A stretch of 64,000 nt of DNA, taken from IMG/VR virus record IMGVR_UViG_3300030380_005901, positions 95,563 to 159,562 of that record, one strand, 5' to 3'. Position 1 is the stretch's first letter. Each line of letters starts with the position of its first letter. Under the pieces are notes generated by a model. It saw only the letters and a program-made list of their open reading frames with translations, was not told where the DNA came from and searched no databases. Shown one piece after another: positions 38,201 to 48,100 of the stretch. The translations under genes were made by a program, and so were the position numbers. The stretch is from a virus.

Positions 38201-40502
38201 TACAAATTTCTAACGCCTCATTATTATTACCATTCCTACTATTTATCTCTCTATTTAAATTATTTTTAGCAATGATATAATTTTGTTGTACTCTAAACCA
38301 TTCAGGTGAATATATTAATTCACATTTTTCTTTTATATCCTCAACCCATTGGTCATATTCTAGTTTTGCATTGTTACATAAATCTTGAAATAATGTTGTA
38401 CCACCCGAAACAGGTGGGGAAGTGACTACTGAAAATTCTATGTCTAATCCTTCAGTAATAATTTGATTGTTTAGTGGGTTAATTGGTGTAATATATAAAA
38501 TGTCCCCATCAGATGTTCCATTTATAAAACCATCGTTATAATTTAAAAATTGATTTTGATATATAGTATTCCCAGTTAAAGTTATAAAATCACTTTTTAT
38601 TTGATTAGGATAAATAGATGTGATAAATTGATTCATATAAAATGAACCTCCATCATATTTACCTTGATGTGGGTTATTACCTTCACGAATATCTATAGGT
38701 GGGTTCAATCCACCTGTTTCTCTATACCATCCACCTGCTTTTTGAAACCAAGTTGTATCAAATATAGGATTATTTTCACTATCAAAACCTATTATAACAT
38801 CTTCCCCATTTGGTATTGGAAGTGGATAACCATCACTATCAAAAGGTAAATCTTTTATGTCTGAACTTCCCGTATAAATGTATAACATACTTTGAAGTTG
38901 TGGAATATTAACAGGTTTATCTGCCACTACAATATATTCATTAAAATTAACTAATGACTCTGGTGCCCCTATAAATCTAAATAAAAATTCTATAGCTTTT
39001 CTAGCACCTTTACTTTTCCATAACCAAGCCACATTCAAAATTAATCTTCTATATAATTCAATATCTATTTCTTCTAAACTCATATTAGTAGAAGTACCAC
39101 TCATTAAACCTTTACCATTACTAGGTAAAATATTTTTTAGAATATTTACATCGGTTAAAAAATTAAAATCACCAAAACCTAACATATTAGCTAAATCTTT
39201 AACTAAACTATCAGGTGTATTATTATTTTTATTATAGGTAATAACATGTGAAAATTTTATCCCATCGATATATTTCTTTACCTCATCAAACTCAACACCA
39301 TATATCCTTAATAATTTATTTGCTTTAGCCCCATCTAATTCTAAATCTTCACTACCATCACCAGAAGGTAAAGTATCAAAACCAGTTATTACTTCAGCAG
39401 TATATTTTCTTTTTATTATATCAGTTTTAAACTTGTCTAAATTCTCACCAATATCTATTATTGTATTAAGATAAGTTATATATAAACCGTCAAATAAATT
39501 TAGATTATATCCATCATTTAATACTGGAAATGTAACTTTTTCTTCGCTAAATACTATTACCCCTTGTTCTGTTTCTTTAGGTGTCTTAAATGTGGCAGTA
39601 TAAATGGGATATACATTTCTATTAAGTAAATTTTTTTCTAAATCGTTTAATTGAGTAAAAAAATTTTCGCTTTTTATTTCATTAGGTTTTATAAAAAATG
39701 GTATAGAACCTTCTCCAATACTATTTAAAAAACTAAACTGAGAAAAGTTTAAACCAGTTATTTCAGGAAATGGATTACCTTCCACCACAAATTCAACTAA
39801 GCTATTAGTAACGGTTGTAGCAGGAGTGAAATTTATTATATTTTTACTAATACCATTGTGTTCTATAACATAATCTTTATAATTAATTGTAATATTTCTT
39901 AATGGATTTGATGTATCATCATCACTAACTCTTTTACTATCCGAAGTATATACTAAACCAAAAGGATTATTAAAATAATTTGTATTAACTGTAAATGTAG
40001 ATTCGTCCGCTAAACTATCATAAACGTATTTCGTTATATTGTTTCCACTAACCGAACCTATAACGTCTTCAACATATATTGCCGCAGGAAAATATTCTTT
40101 TATATGTTCTAAAGAAACACGTATTTTTTCTTCTACAGAACCATATAAAACATAAGTTAAAGGATTACTATCATCTAAATTTAAACCCGCTTTTTGGTTT
40201 TTTTGTATTAATAAACTATCACTTTGTCCATCGTCTAAATCATCTAAACTAAAAAAATCAGAATAACTACCTTGATTGTAAGTTTTATTTAACTTAGGAC
40301 TTAAATTAGTTGTAACTTTAAAATTACCCAACGTAAATAGGGGTGTTCCACCATCATTAACAATTTGATTACCCACTAAATCATCTGCAAAATTTCTATA
40401 TTCTATATTGTCTATAAAAAATTTTCTTTTAGCGTAACCAGGAACCTTAATAGTTCTATTAAAGTTATTGTTTTGATTATTATTTTGGTTGGTTGTTGGC
40501 AT
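32205..40502 (-). CDS. giant (2765 aa) baseplate-wedge/tail protein with Cys-rich modules and coiled coils
   Basis: LYRRLILNVAWLWKSKGARKAIEFL (tail protein I/wedge KG motif); position in the baseplate cluster. Confidence 0.65.
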   Translation of the reverse strand: MPTTNQNNNQNNNFNRTIKVPGYAKRKFFIDNIEYRNFADDLVGNQIVNDGGTPLFTLGNFKVTTNLSPKLNKTYNQGSYSDFFSLDDLDDGQSDSLLIQKNQKAGLNLDDSNPLTYVLYGSVEEKIRVSLEHIKEYFPAAIYVEDVIGSVSGNNITKYVYDSLADESTFTVNTNYFNNPFGLVYTSDSKRVSDDDTSNPLRNITINYKDYVIEHNGISKNIINFTPATTVTNSLVEFVVEGNPFPEITGLNFSQFSFLNSIGEGSIPFFIKPNEIKSENFFTQLNDLEKNLLNRNVYPIYTATFKTPKETEQGVIVFSEEKVTFPVLNDGYNLNLFDGLYITYLNTIIDIGENLDKFKTDIIKRKYTAEVITGFDTLPSGDGSEDLELDGAKANKLLRIYGVEFDEVKKYIDGIKFSHVITYNKNNNTPDSLVKDLANMLGFGDFNFLTDVNILKNILPSNGKGLMSGTSTNMSLEEIDIELYRRLILNVAWLWKSKGARKAIEFLFRFIGAPESLVNFNEYIVVADKPVNIPQLQSMLYIYTGSSDIKDLPFDSDGYPLPIPNGEDVIIGFDSENNPIFDTTWFQKAGGWYRETGGLNPPIDIREGNNPHQGKYDGGSFYMNQFITSIYPNQIKSDFITLTGNTIYQNQFLNYNDGFINGTSDGDILYITPINPLNNQIITEGLDIEFSVVTSPPVSGGTTLFQDLCNNAKLEYDQWVEDIKEKCELIYSPEWFRVQQNYIIAKNNLNREINSRNGNNNEALEICINTDCDAIKVIENPCDFYTMVEDNGIIYFTDEKGTQVNFDEFPQCCVAAGGQYFTYTNQQNEESFFCATEPPCPGIPIENTGEAILWQLEGLNVVPDNIIRIKPDNTSLPQYEEKCLNEAKSKTFRSEEERIKFLTDCTTKVRKEILTQISTNTGCNEFEISGCFQLTEEGEKFFGFIEDESELDGFSTKIGDKIAEFVIYDKDTNPVGYISNVAGITLSFKGLSAINYIKKLNGTVFPNYEKLYSSEVVNNPQLSLEKYVEAVRNAQPVTNFEKYFTPVDCDGTNTTYDSTVECCAYYGFDHYYVNKRNEDGTITTVVYCRDKNGDFIDQDDYEMPDPQPTEPIYDTDGRRPNTSPTITKPSKGGKSELNNPQKSIEKEIKKVEKQQREVTKKIDNSRTITGKEKSKLRLERINLEQRKIELNTQKQKNELKNTRTIKPATSKGYTKYEEGTNLNAVKSKGDTITVMSNTKGVYSKGNIGGKDGEVNTDFGSPFGNPDFQDITKWKLDNIDQYGRITFVSVEDSKTTLDWNATKDSGADLYKECCLGKGYGFGQFQINPETNQLVPYNGEPNNFTNGSIIDSCVDKSHISCEDTQDVKLILGSNGSDGFFLPTNNESNEVTIKFDYMIKYNAESLIACAGIDSCPIPLDLYTNSIYNLDCRNFIVFTEGEQIKNTLKDNILHIDTDIVPLEGETLDLTKPDKDGIPNLIPYWDSNNIQVWQTPGLQKTVTESDECCSAYGGTLVPISNWGKVNEENVGRIKEEFASNVNAINVNGNVSSWVDDDFKNIIKNLLDDNQLVSNIMDESCVDYVTFRGENYCDDFEQIITTPNVCALLTPQLIGSYSEVLKQYWKLINQLKLMEAELTICNDANLRMSNLIVETDKEQISEEVEKNKKEKEFKKSIVDLETKHSLKKREVRDLDKQINDIVEVTTAIDSVKEENLPKIDCNLYQDQIKIIENFNIEEFCRNQTNNVSDNPDVVFTAYNTCLSNKKMELGKELKKYQELFQNCVKSNVISDELSKAEANNDIVTKNRLNSEYDITLDKLNELQSTIFCEDINEENDILRSTKEQENDIKKNVDIVSKILNVDSTTIRKGNTTDLTAPQKVEVNRVLSTQKAVSNKLKIKKLELEEELGTIQKNRLKINEEYKKEQKEKEEIIKDIKTVKNNLENQLRNTTQNKCCKETLEEVQELLRSLTKTRNDIYYDTEVLYQDWYTTRYNQYLEFVKDKMATSFEYMDELTLSFNLEVDNNTIGSIPENEVVSNLTTLPIMSNTNPIWRFNPQNYSGVVIGGSDYNSNLLEDSITVALSEQGYSGLNAIFEPKWQNFELKIPQDVLDNLNGAYPDKQFFLSLMLENYECDVCLLIDNIQINYKTYDIFPFYNTQGDGLPKLNCTIDNRKSWVYVGDSIKPVKNLPDGKCVENEVTCATPLEITTQNRLWQNLEYRYTEYDFNHSDLIINSKSAAFQIDPSKSIECDVYNFWKNINCDECPSSCSSGESVTYEGVFTYTGESTQNYELTLSTTSVGSMLSDCKIYNRSLENIVEDIKENYYILTADYPSSLSAGYWDLIEKGGSIEELYIVDNDCNTQTLVIGDRKTLNSDQRLIVEEGDGTISLFGLYVYSGTTPYSGGEIIEIINGVSAQTFNQTSGMTSECCTNLNTILTSSGKNGLNLDKNYIWNNSISGCTWIDLNDEGDCTHCGNTTHSSFSGNSSGVTCEVVDKTICVNPLDFLEQPPSKIKVKEVFDEMVQSNLINAQNRQTISGYPTLKLFYELYLRANGCGEQHSGKLTYNNLFQFMDLIGDYWLELIEQVIPSTTIMEGCDNSGKVYRNTIFDNNKFVYKKYVLNYMDVNDNCKVSGVTQDSIGQQSVEISVEDICLGGGCLPESSKLCEEEKILIQNQITNLEEQLNILKQQKNSTELAISTVKNDLNNQKAKNIPTKQKKEQKENKRKEEQTNKKEKQSESIKNKLNQEQKQKATQARQKRNKQSSNKKNSRSSRS

Positions 40503-40513
40503 TCATTTTATTA

Positions 40514-41428
40514 CTATACATCTGTTATTTCATCAAATTCCTTAGTGAAATCTGGTTTTTCCAATTCTTCCCTAACTTCATACAATGGTTTACCTGTGAA
40601 CTGATCTTTTATTTCAAATAATACATACTGTTTGTAAATTTCGTTATCATTGTTATATATTGTATAAATACCATCGTCTATAGATTTTGTTTGGTTACCA
40701 TATAAGGCATATGATAAAGTTTCATCATCATGTTCTACCATTTCTACTTCCACCATAATTGGGTTAAAAAAAGTATTAGTTATTATTATTGGTTGACCTG
40801 GCTCACCAATATATGGTAATATATTTGGTTTAATGGATGGTGCGGAAGAAGGAGTTAAAGTGCAAAATACTAAATCAGAACTATCATCAAAAGAGTATGA
40901 TGCTACTTGTGCCGATGCATTACTCACATTTTCTGCAACACTTAATACTCTATTATTTGATGTGACTACTCTATACAAATTTTGCATTTTTTTCTGTTCA
41001 CTATTAGTATTAGTTGATAGGTATTCCACTCTATATCCTACTAAATTTCCATTTTCGAATTTAACCTTATCTTCTCCGCTAATATTTGGATCGTTTAGTT
41101 GTAAAACAATTCCTATAATATCAGGACTACTTGATAAAACACCACATGCTTGTATTGTAGTTCTTATTTGTTTTGGTCTTATTATTATATTGTAAATACC
41201 TTTAGCTGCAAATTCATTTGTAGGTAATTTTAGAGTATACATACCACCTAAAATCTCTCCACTATCATTAGGGTTATTCGCAGGTATTAATACTTGTGTT
41301 GGATCTAAATTAATCAGTATACTTTCACTGCTATTTTCACCTCTATTGGGACTGTAAGAATATAAAATTTCTACGTCCTCTACCGATACATCTGCCGGTC
41401 TTATTGTTCCATAATTTCCTGTTGCCAT
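40514..41428 (-). CDS. putative baseplate/tail structural protein
   Basis: Context; beta-rich. Confidence 0.55.
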   Translation of the reverse strand: MATGNYGTIRPADVSVEDVEILYSYSPNRGENSSESILINLDPTQVLIPANNPNDSGEILGGMYTLKLPTNEFAAKGIYNIIIRPKQIRTTIQACGVLSSSPDIIGIVLQLNDPNISGEDKVKFENGNLVGYRVEYLSTNTNSEQKKMQNLYRVVTSNNRVLSVAENVSNASAQVASYSFDDSSDLVFCTLTPSSAPSIKPNILPYIGEPGQPIIITNTFFNPIMVEVEMVEHDDETLSYALYGNQTKSIDDGIYTIYNNDNEIYKQYVLFEIKDQFTGKPLYEVREELEKPDFTKEFDEITDV

Positions 41429-41440
41429 AATTTATTTTTT

Positions 41441-42211
41441 TTACGTTCTTATAAATCCTCCCCTATTAGTATCAATATCATTAGTTGTTTTTATTTCACC
41501 TAACAAAGCGTGTCTCTCAAAAATATCTGCCACACCTCTATTAATAAATACTTCACTATCAACTTCTGGTTTGAAAACCAACCCTAAATATTCTTCTTGT
41601 TTAGTTATTGCAGATAATGTTACTATATTGTCATTTATACTATTTAAATCTGTATAAAAATCTGTTTTCCTATATCTCTCTCTATTACCTTCCGAATTTA
41701 TTTTATCAACATACTCATTAAAAAAAGTAATATAATGTATCCCACTACTATTAATATTGTTAGATTCTGCATTTATAACATAGTGTATTTTTTCACTATC
41801 TTGATTAATTACCCCCGTAAAAATCAAATCAGAATTACCTGTCATATCTAAATCATTGACATAAATTGGTTTTCCTGTGTTTACATCTACTCTATATGAG
41901 GAAACATTTGCTATTTTACCGTCATCAGTTGTACCATTTATTCTTATAGATTCATTAATATAAAAACTAAGAGGTGCCGCAGGAAATCTACCATAAGTAA
42001 ACGAATTAAATTCACCTAAATTAGTAGGTCTTTCAGTTAAATATGGTAAAAGTGGGTTAAAAGAAAAATCAGTAAAAATTCCTTGATCTTCCATTTTTTG
42101 AGTTAAGTATACATTTACACATATATTATCATTTAATAATTTACCATAATTATCATTAGACTCTTTACTAACATAATTACTAATACATCTTTTTATTTTT
42201 ATTATTTCCAT
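41441..42211 (-). CDS. putative structural protein
   Basis: Context; translationally coupled. Confidence 0.5.
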   Translation of the reverse strand: MEIIKIKRCISNYVSKESNDNYGKLLNDNICVNVYLTQKMEDQGIFTDFSFNPLLPYLTERPTNLGEFNSFTYGRFPAAPLSFYINESIRINGTTDDGKIANVSSYRVDVNTGKPIYVNDLDMTGNSDLIFTGVINQDSEKIHYVINAESNNINSSGIHYITFFNEYVDKINSEGNRERYRKTDFYTDLNSINDNIVTLSAITKQEEYLGLVFKPEVDSEVFINRGVADIFERHALLGEIKTTNDIDTNRGGFIRT

Positions 42212-43110
42212 TAGTTTTTAATGTTTGGTTCTACTTGCCAAAATGTTAAATATGGTAAGTCAGATAATCCACTTTGTGGATTTAAATTTATTCCTCCCGG
42301 ACCACCATTAAATGCATTTTGCTCATTATTAGGTTCAAATCTGTATTTATATATACCATTATCATTTTTTAAAACTACTTTTAAAAATCTATTATCGTTT
42401 ATCTGATTGAAATTTAGATTATTAAAATCTGTAGTTTTTCTAGAATAATGTAAGGTAGATTCTCCTGTTTTAGCGTTTTGATATGTTACTTCTAGATATA
42501 TGACATACTCTTTATTTGGGGCGTTATCTACTAAATCTTGAAACCAATATATATAGTATCCTTCATGAACTGTTTCTGGTTCTAAAGTTGAATCACCCAA
42601 AACAAAACTTACCGGACATTCATCTTTAGTTAAAACAAATCCATACTCATTTTTCTGATCATTTAGTATTTGTGTAAATATATTAGTAGATGCAATTAAA
42701 TTATTAGGTAATACATTTGTGTCATAATAACTAAATCTAATAAAACTATTCATAACACTATCGGTTCTACAAAACAAATCATCAAATCTAAAACCTATTT
42801 CACCATAATAAGAAGAACCATTATAACTTGGACTGTTACTATAAAAATAACCGTTATTTGTTTTTCTAAAGAAATTTATATTAATTTTGAACTTTCTTAT
42901 AATATTCCAATTATTATCACAAGGGAAAAATCTAACTTTTTTATAATCGTCTATTGGATTTATTGCCTTTTCTATTTCGTCATCAATTAATTTAGTCTTT
43001 ATTAATTCTGCATTATCCACAGGTGAAAAATCTAAATTAACATTTAAATTAATTGTAGTTCCTGATATATTTATATCTCTAATAGGTATTTTAAATTTAT
43101 TAACAGACAT
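42211..43110 (-). CDS. putative structural protein
   Basis: Context. Confidence 0.5.
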   Translation of the reverse strand: MSVNKFKIPIRDINISGTTINLNVNLDFSPVDNAELIKTKLIDDEIEKAINPIDDYKKVRFFPCDNNWNIIRKFKININFFRKTNNGYFYSNSPSYNGSSYYGEIGFRFDDLFCRTDSVMNSFIRFSYYDTNVLPNNLIASTNIFTQILNDQKNEYGFVLTKDECPVSFVLGDSTLEPETVHEGYYIYWFQDLVDNAPNKEYVIYLEVTYQNAKTGESTLHYSRKTTDFNNLNFNQINDNRFLKVVLKNDNGIYKYRFEPNNEQNAFNGGPGGINLNPQSGLSDLPYLTFWQVEPNIKN

Positions 43111-45085
43111 CAGTAATTGTTTTTTGATTTAATGACGAATAATCTGCACAACCACCAGGAGTATCCCTCTCACCTAATTCGTAATTGCCAGAATAAGTAA
43201 TAAATTTGATATCAACATCGGTAGGTTGCAACTGAGGATCTAATAAATCTACTGGTATATTACTACCTAATAAATTTATTAAATCATCCGGTGTATATTC
43301 AAAAAAAGTAGGTTCTGAGCACAAAGCAGTGAATTTATCTTTCTCAGATGGTAATGTTACTTGTTGAGTTGTGAAGTCCACAACACATGGTGGATCTTGT
43401 CTATAAAGATAAAAATTCTTATCAAAATATATATAATGTGCACCACTTTCAAACGGATATTCAACCCCTCTACCATTACCATCAATAAATCCAATTTCTA
43501 ATAAATCTCTCCATCTATAAATTATAGAATCTGTGGTTAATGGTTTTGTTTTTAGTGGTCCTGTTGGTAAACTTTCTGTGTTAGCAGAGTATTTTAGATG
43601 TGCATAATCAGGTATATTTAGTGTGTTTTGTGAATCACCTTCCTCAACATATTCAGAATATTCTCTTATAGTAATTGGAGTATGAGGATTATAAATATAT
43701 CCTTCTCTTTTATCTACTTTTTCTGAATCAATAATACTTAAATTATCTCTATAAACAGTATTAATTCTATGAAAAACTTCTTCTAATACAATTTCACTTA
43801 AGTTTTTTTCATTATATTCTACAATATCATTATCAAACTCAAGATTGCTCTCATCTATATTTTCAAAATAATTTTGTGGGTAATTTGGTTTTCCTCCAGG
43901 ATAATTAGAACCAACTGCCCTTATATTATAATTTACTTTAACATCTTGTTCTGTTTCATAACCACCAATAATTGGCATCCAAAATCTATTTTTTATTTTA
44001 TCTGGTAGATTTTTTTGTTTGTCTCTAAAAAAAACATTTTTAATGTCACTATAATCTGTATCATTATCATTTTTTACAATAGTAAAAAATAATGTACTTA
44101 GTGGTCTACCTAAGTTATCTCTTAATCCTTCTACATCAACATCTTTTTTAAAATAAAATCCCGCTTCCATATCATCAAAATAATTTACACCATATGCAGA
44201 GGGATAAATGTCATAGTCTTTTTCTTCTGTAGTTAAACATTTTAATCTTCTTACGTAATATTCAGAAACTACGTTATCTATTGACCTTTTTATTGTAGAT
44301 ATTCCTTTAGTGAAATCTATGTCTTGTGGATTTATATCTATAACAAATATTCTATTTAGATTATTATTTTCTTCGTCACCTAACTTAACAATATTAAAAG
44401 TTCTTTCATTAAGATATAAACCATTATTAGTATTATCTATAAAATTATAAAGTCTAATTTCATCATCTTCTTCTAATGCATGATTTATAGGTGTTTTGAA
44501 ATAAACATACTCTCTATTATTTATAGTAACTGATCCCTTATCTATTATTTGTAAACCGTCTTTTAAACTTATGTTTCCGTTATTTTCTACTAAATTAATA
44601 TCTCTACTTTCAAATGGATAAGTAATTTTCAAAAGATAGTTCTCTTTACCATCATAATCAATCATAGATAATCTATCAAAACCAGGATCAAAAGTTTTAA
44701 ATTGACATCTAGATGACTCATTATCATTTTGTATTTGAGCAACATCAGTATCGGGCGGTTCAAAATAACCATACCAACCATCAGTAACAAAAATACTATT
44801 AGATCTAATAAGTTCACTAGTTACAACACCATTATCCTCAAAAATCCTTATATTTTCATTATATAAACAATTACTAACAACACTATTTAATACACCATAA
44901 AATCTATATATGTGTGATTCTTTTCTTTCTTTCTCAAATTGTTCATAACTATTAACAACCGCCTGTTCATCACTTAATGGTAATAGTTTATTACTATTTT
45001 CTAAATTTAAAGGTATGTGTTCAGTTCTATTAACTGATCTTACTGATTTTTCCTTATTTAATAATATTTTAAATTTATCTTTCAC
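43100..45085 (-). CDS. putative structural protein (GTG start)
   Basis: Context; ATATTTAT 5 nt upstream. Confidence 0.55.
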   Translation of the reverse strand: MKDKFKILLNKEKSVRSVNRTEHIPLNLENSNKLLPLSDEQAVVNSYEQFEKERKESHIYRFYGVLNSVVSNCLYNENIRIFEDNGVVTSELIRSNSIFVTDGWYGYFEPPDTDVAQIQNDNESSRCQFKTFDPGFDRLSMIDYDGKENYLLKITYPFESRDINLVENNGNISLKDGLQIIDKGSVTINNREYVYFKTPINHALEEDDEIRLYNFIDNTNNGLYLNERTFNIVKLGDEENNNLNRIFVIDINPQDIDFTKGISTIKRSIDNVVSEYYVRRLKCLTTEEKDYDIYPSAYGVNYFDDMEAGFYFKKDVDVEGLRDNLGRPLSTLFFTIVKNDNDTDYSDIKNVFFRDKQKNLPDKIKNRFWMPIIGGYETEQDVKVNYNIRAVGSNYPGGKPNYPQNYFENIDESNLEFDNDIVEYNEKNLSEIVLEEVFHRINTVYRDNLSIIDSEKVDKREGYIYNPHTPITIREYSEYVEEGDSQNTLNIPDYAHLKYSANTESLPTGPLKTKPLTTDSIIYRWRDLLEIGFIDGNGRGVEYPFESGAHYIYFDKNFYLYRQDPPCVVDFTTQQVTLPSEKDKFTALCSEPTFFEYTPDDLINLLGSNIPVDLLDPQLQPTDVDIKFITYSGNYELGERDTPGGCADYSSLNQKTITDVC

Positions 45086-45090
45086 TATAT

Positions 45091-45098
45091 ATAAATAT
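45091..45098 (-). promoter_or_regulatory. putative late promoter ATATTTAT
   Basis: Upstream of 45085. Confidence 0.7.
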
Positions 45099-45101
45099 TT
45101 T

Positions 45102-48100
45102 CTAAGTTATTTTTATATAACCGTTAGTATTATTACTACCTGTAATATATTCTAAATAAACGTTATATGTACCAGTTTGTTTTATTGTAAAATTAATTGT
45201 ATCAGTAGTTGAGTTCAACATTCCAAATATAGGTCTAATAATAACATTTTGTGGGTTTGGTTGTGCGTTGAAAGATGATATTACGTTTGTGTCTACGGGA
45301 GTAGTAGTATTATCATTATAAATAGCAAATTTTCCGGTACCTGTTGTAAGTGCAGGTGGGAAACCTGATTGTACTGATCCAGTACTAATTTCTATTTTTA
45401 ATTCTGCATTAGGTGAAGTAACAAATATCTTAGTAGGGCTAACCTGCCCAAAATTATTTGTTTTATCAGTAGAAAAAGTATTAGTATTACCTACCTCATT
45501 AACTCCTGTTATCTGATATTTAAGATTATTTGGTATTGCGGATGAACCTCCACTATTTTTGCCGACTGCCGCATTTCCGTTTGGTAATGATATTACACCA
45601 CTATTACTTAAATCTGATATTGCAGCACTTTCTGAAGCACTTGTAATGACTGCCTCACCTAAACAACTTCTAAGTGCGGTAAATTTATTTTGTCCAATAT
45701 CTCTAAATCCTGGTTGGTTATAAGTATTAGAACCGGCTTTTTCATTGTTACCTAATCCTTGTAATGTAACTTCATCAATCTTATCTGCAAAATATTTAGA
45801 AACTAATCTATGTAATGCACTTTTACCTGGTACTAAACCAAAATAATGATAATATGGTGTCTGTGAGGTTGAGTATTTTACCCCAAAATTTTGTGGGTTT
45901 GTTTTATCATTAATATTAGACATATTAGGAAAATCTAAAAATTCACTAGGAAATGGGTTATTCCCTCCTTTCCAACCTGCACCATAGAAAAAATTACCAT
46001 TACTTTTTAAACCACATCTATCTCCTGTTACAAATTCATCACCATCATTAATACTATTAGGTATTAAAACACCATCTATAGAGTAATTTACTGATGGTAT
46101 TCCTGATGTAAACTGTGCAGAAGGATAAACATCATAAAGATTATCAAATTCGTTCGATCCTGGTCTCATATAGTTTACTTCTAAATCATCATTCTTAAAA
46201 GTACTAAACCTCCTACAGAAATAATCTCTAGTTTCTGAGTCATGTTCATAATATGTAAAACACTGTCCAACTTCCATACCTAAATCGTTACTATCAATTA
46301 AATCTATACCTACTTGTGATTGTACCACACCTGCAGTAGTATTTAAACAATTTACTCTTGTGCAACCAAAAGAAACATAAGCTCTAAGATTTACTATTCC
46401 ATCTTTCTCTTCCACAGAATTAACTACTATAGGATTAGCATTTTGATTTTCAAAATCATATTCTAAACCTTCCTCACTTAATCTAGAAGTTGTGGGTTCT
46501 AAATCATTAATTACAAATGGTACATCATCTATATCGCAGTATACTGAACTACCCATTTCGACTAAATCTGTAGGATATAATAAATTTGCTTTATAATTTC
46601 TAGGTAAAGTATTATATGCCGCATCAGGTTTTTTCATAACTGATGCGTAATATATTTTACCGTCTTCCCACGCAATAATACCGTGTTTTATATTTCTATC
46701 GTTATAACTATTATGTTGTGTACAAGGACATCTATTAGTACACCCTTGAACCGCACTTTGACAAGGATCTATACATCCAGTAGGGGGACAACTTTGTGGT
46801 TGAAGGTTGTTGGGTATGTCTTCACCTGGTTGTGTCTCAGGATCGGGTGGGGATGTAATGAAATCTGCATCTATTGAACCTGCATTATTATTACCTAAAT
46901 CTGTTTGGCAACCAACAGAGGATCTAAAATATTCTTCTTTCTCTACTCGATAAACAGTATTACATTTATTTTTATGATGTGAGTGTCCACCTCTATTTTC
47001 CCACACACTCAATCCAGTTACGGGATCTTCAACCTCAACATAATTAGGTCTACCATGTGGACCAGGAAACGTTTTAATAGTTTTAGAATCATTTATTCTA
47101 ATCTCTATATTTGCATTATCATCAAAAGCTTGAAACACAAGTGGATCGTCGAATCGTAAAGTACAAGGGTTGGATGCCGTATCTACACCTGTAAATTTTA
47201 AAGATTCTTTTGCATTTAGTATTGCAATATCTTCTAATACTTGTGCGTTACCATTAGCTACGTATTTACCAAACCACGGAGTAACATATCTTTTTGATCC
47301 TCTGATTCTAACCCTACACCCATTTACATCAATAATTTCTTCTTGATTTGCAGTAGTATTTTGAACTATAACCCTATATTTGTTATATGTAAGTGGTGTT
47401 TGATAATCAGGTGCACAATCAAAGTCACAGAATTTATCTTTCTTTAATTGTCCTCTTTTCTTTTTTCTTTTTTTAAGTTTATATTTTCTTTTTATTAATG
47501 GAAAGTATAACGTACCACTAACCCAATCATTATAAAATTCAAACCTTAACATATTTAACCAATTAGCGACACCCTCTAATTTACACTTAACCCACTCTTT
47601 GATTTGAGGTGTGCTACTTCCAGAACACTCTTTACAACTATTTATTTTAACAAATGTTTCATTACATACATTTCTAGCCAATGGTGTATATATTAGAGAA
47701 GGTCTAATTGTGGGAAATGCATTATCTTCAGGACAACTTAACGCAATTAAATTAATTTTTGTACAACAAGAACGACAACAACCTCTATCCTTATTATCTT
47801 CAGGTGTACCATCAATACATAATGCACAATCATTTCTAGGACAACCGTATTTTCTATCAAAACTACCACTAGTACAATTTTCGTTATCATTGTTTTTTTC
47901 AGATGAACCTGTGGTTGGTGATATATCTCTACAACAACTATGTCCAGGATTGGTATTTGGAAAACATGTGTCATTACAACGTTTACATAACCACCCACCA
48001 AAAACACATTTTTTTCTAAAACATAATTTTAACTTTAAACAAACAGTGAACCCAATCTTTTTTGTTAAGCCTATGTAAGTATGAAAATTAAATATATTAA

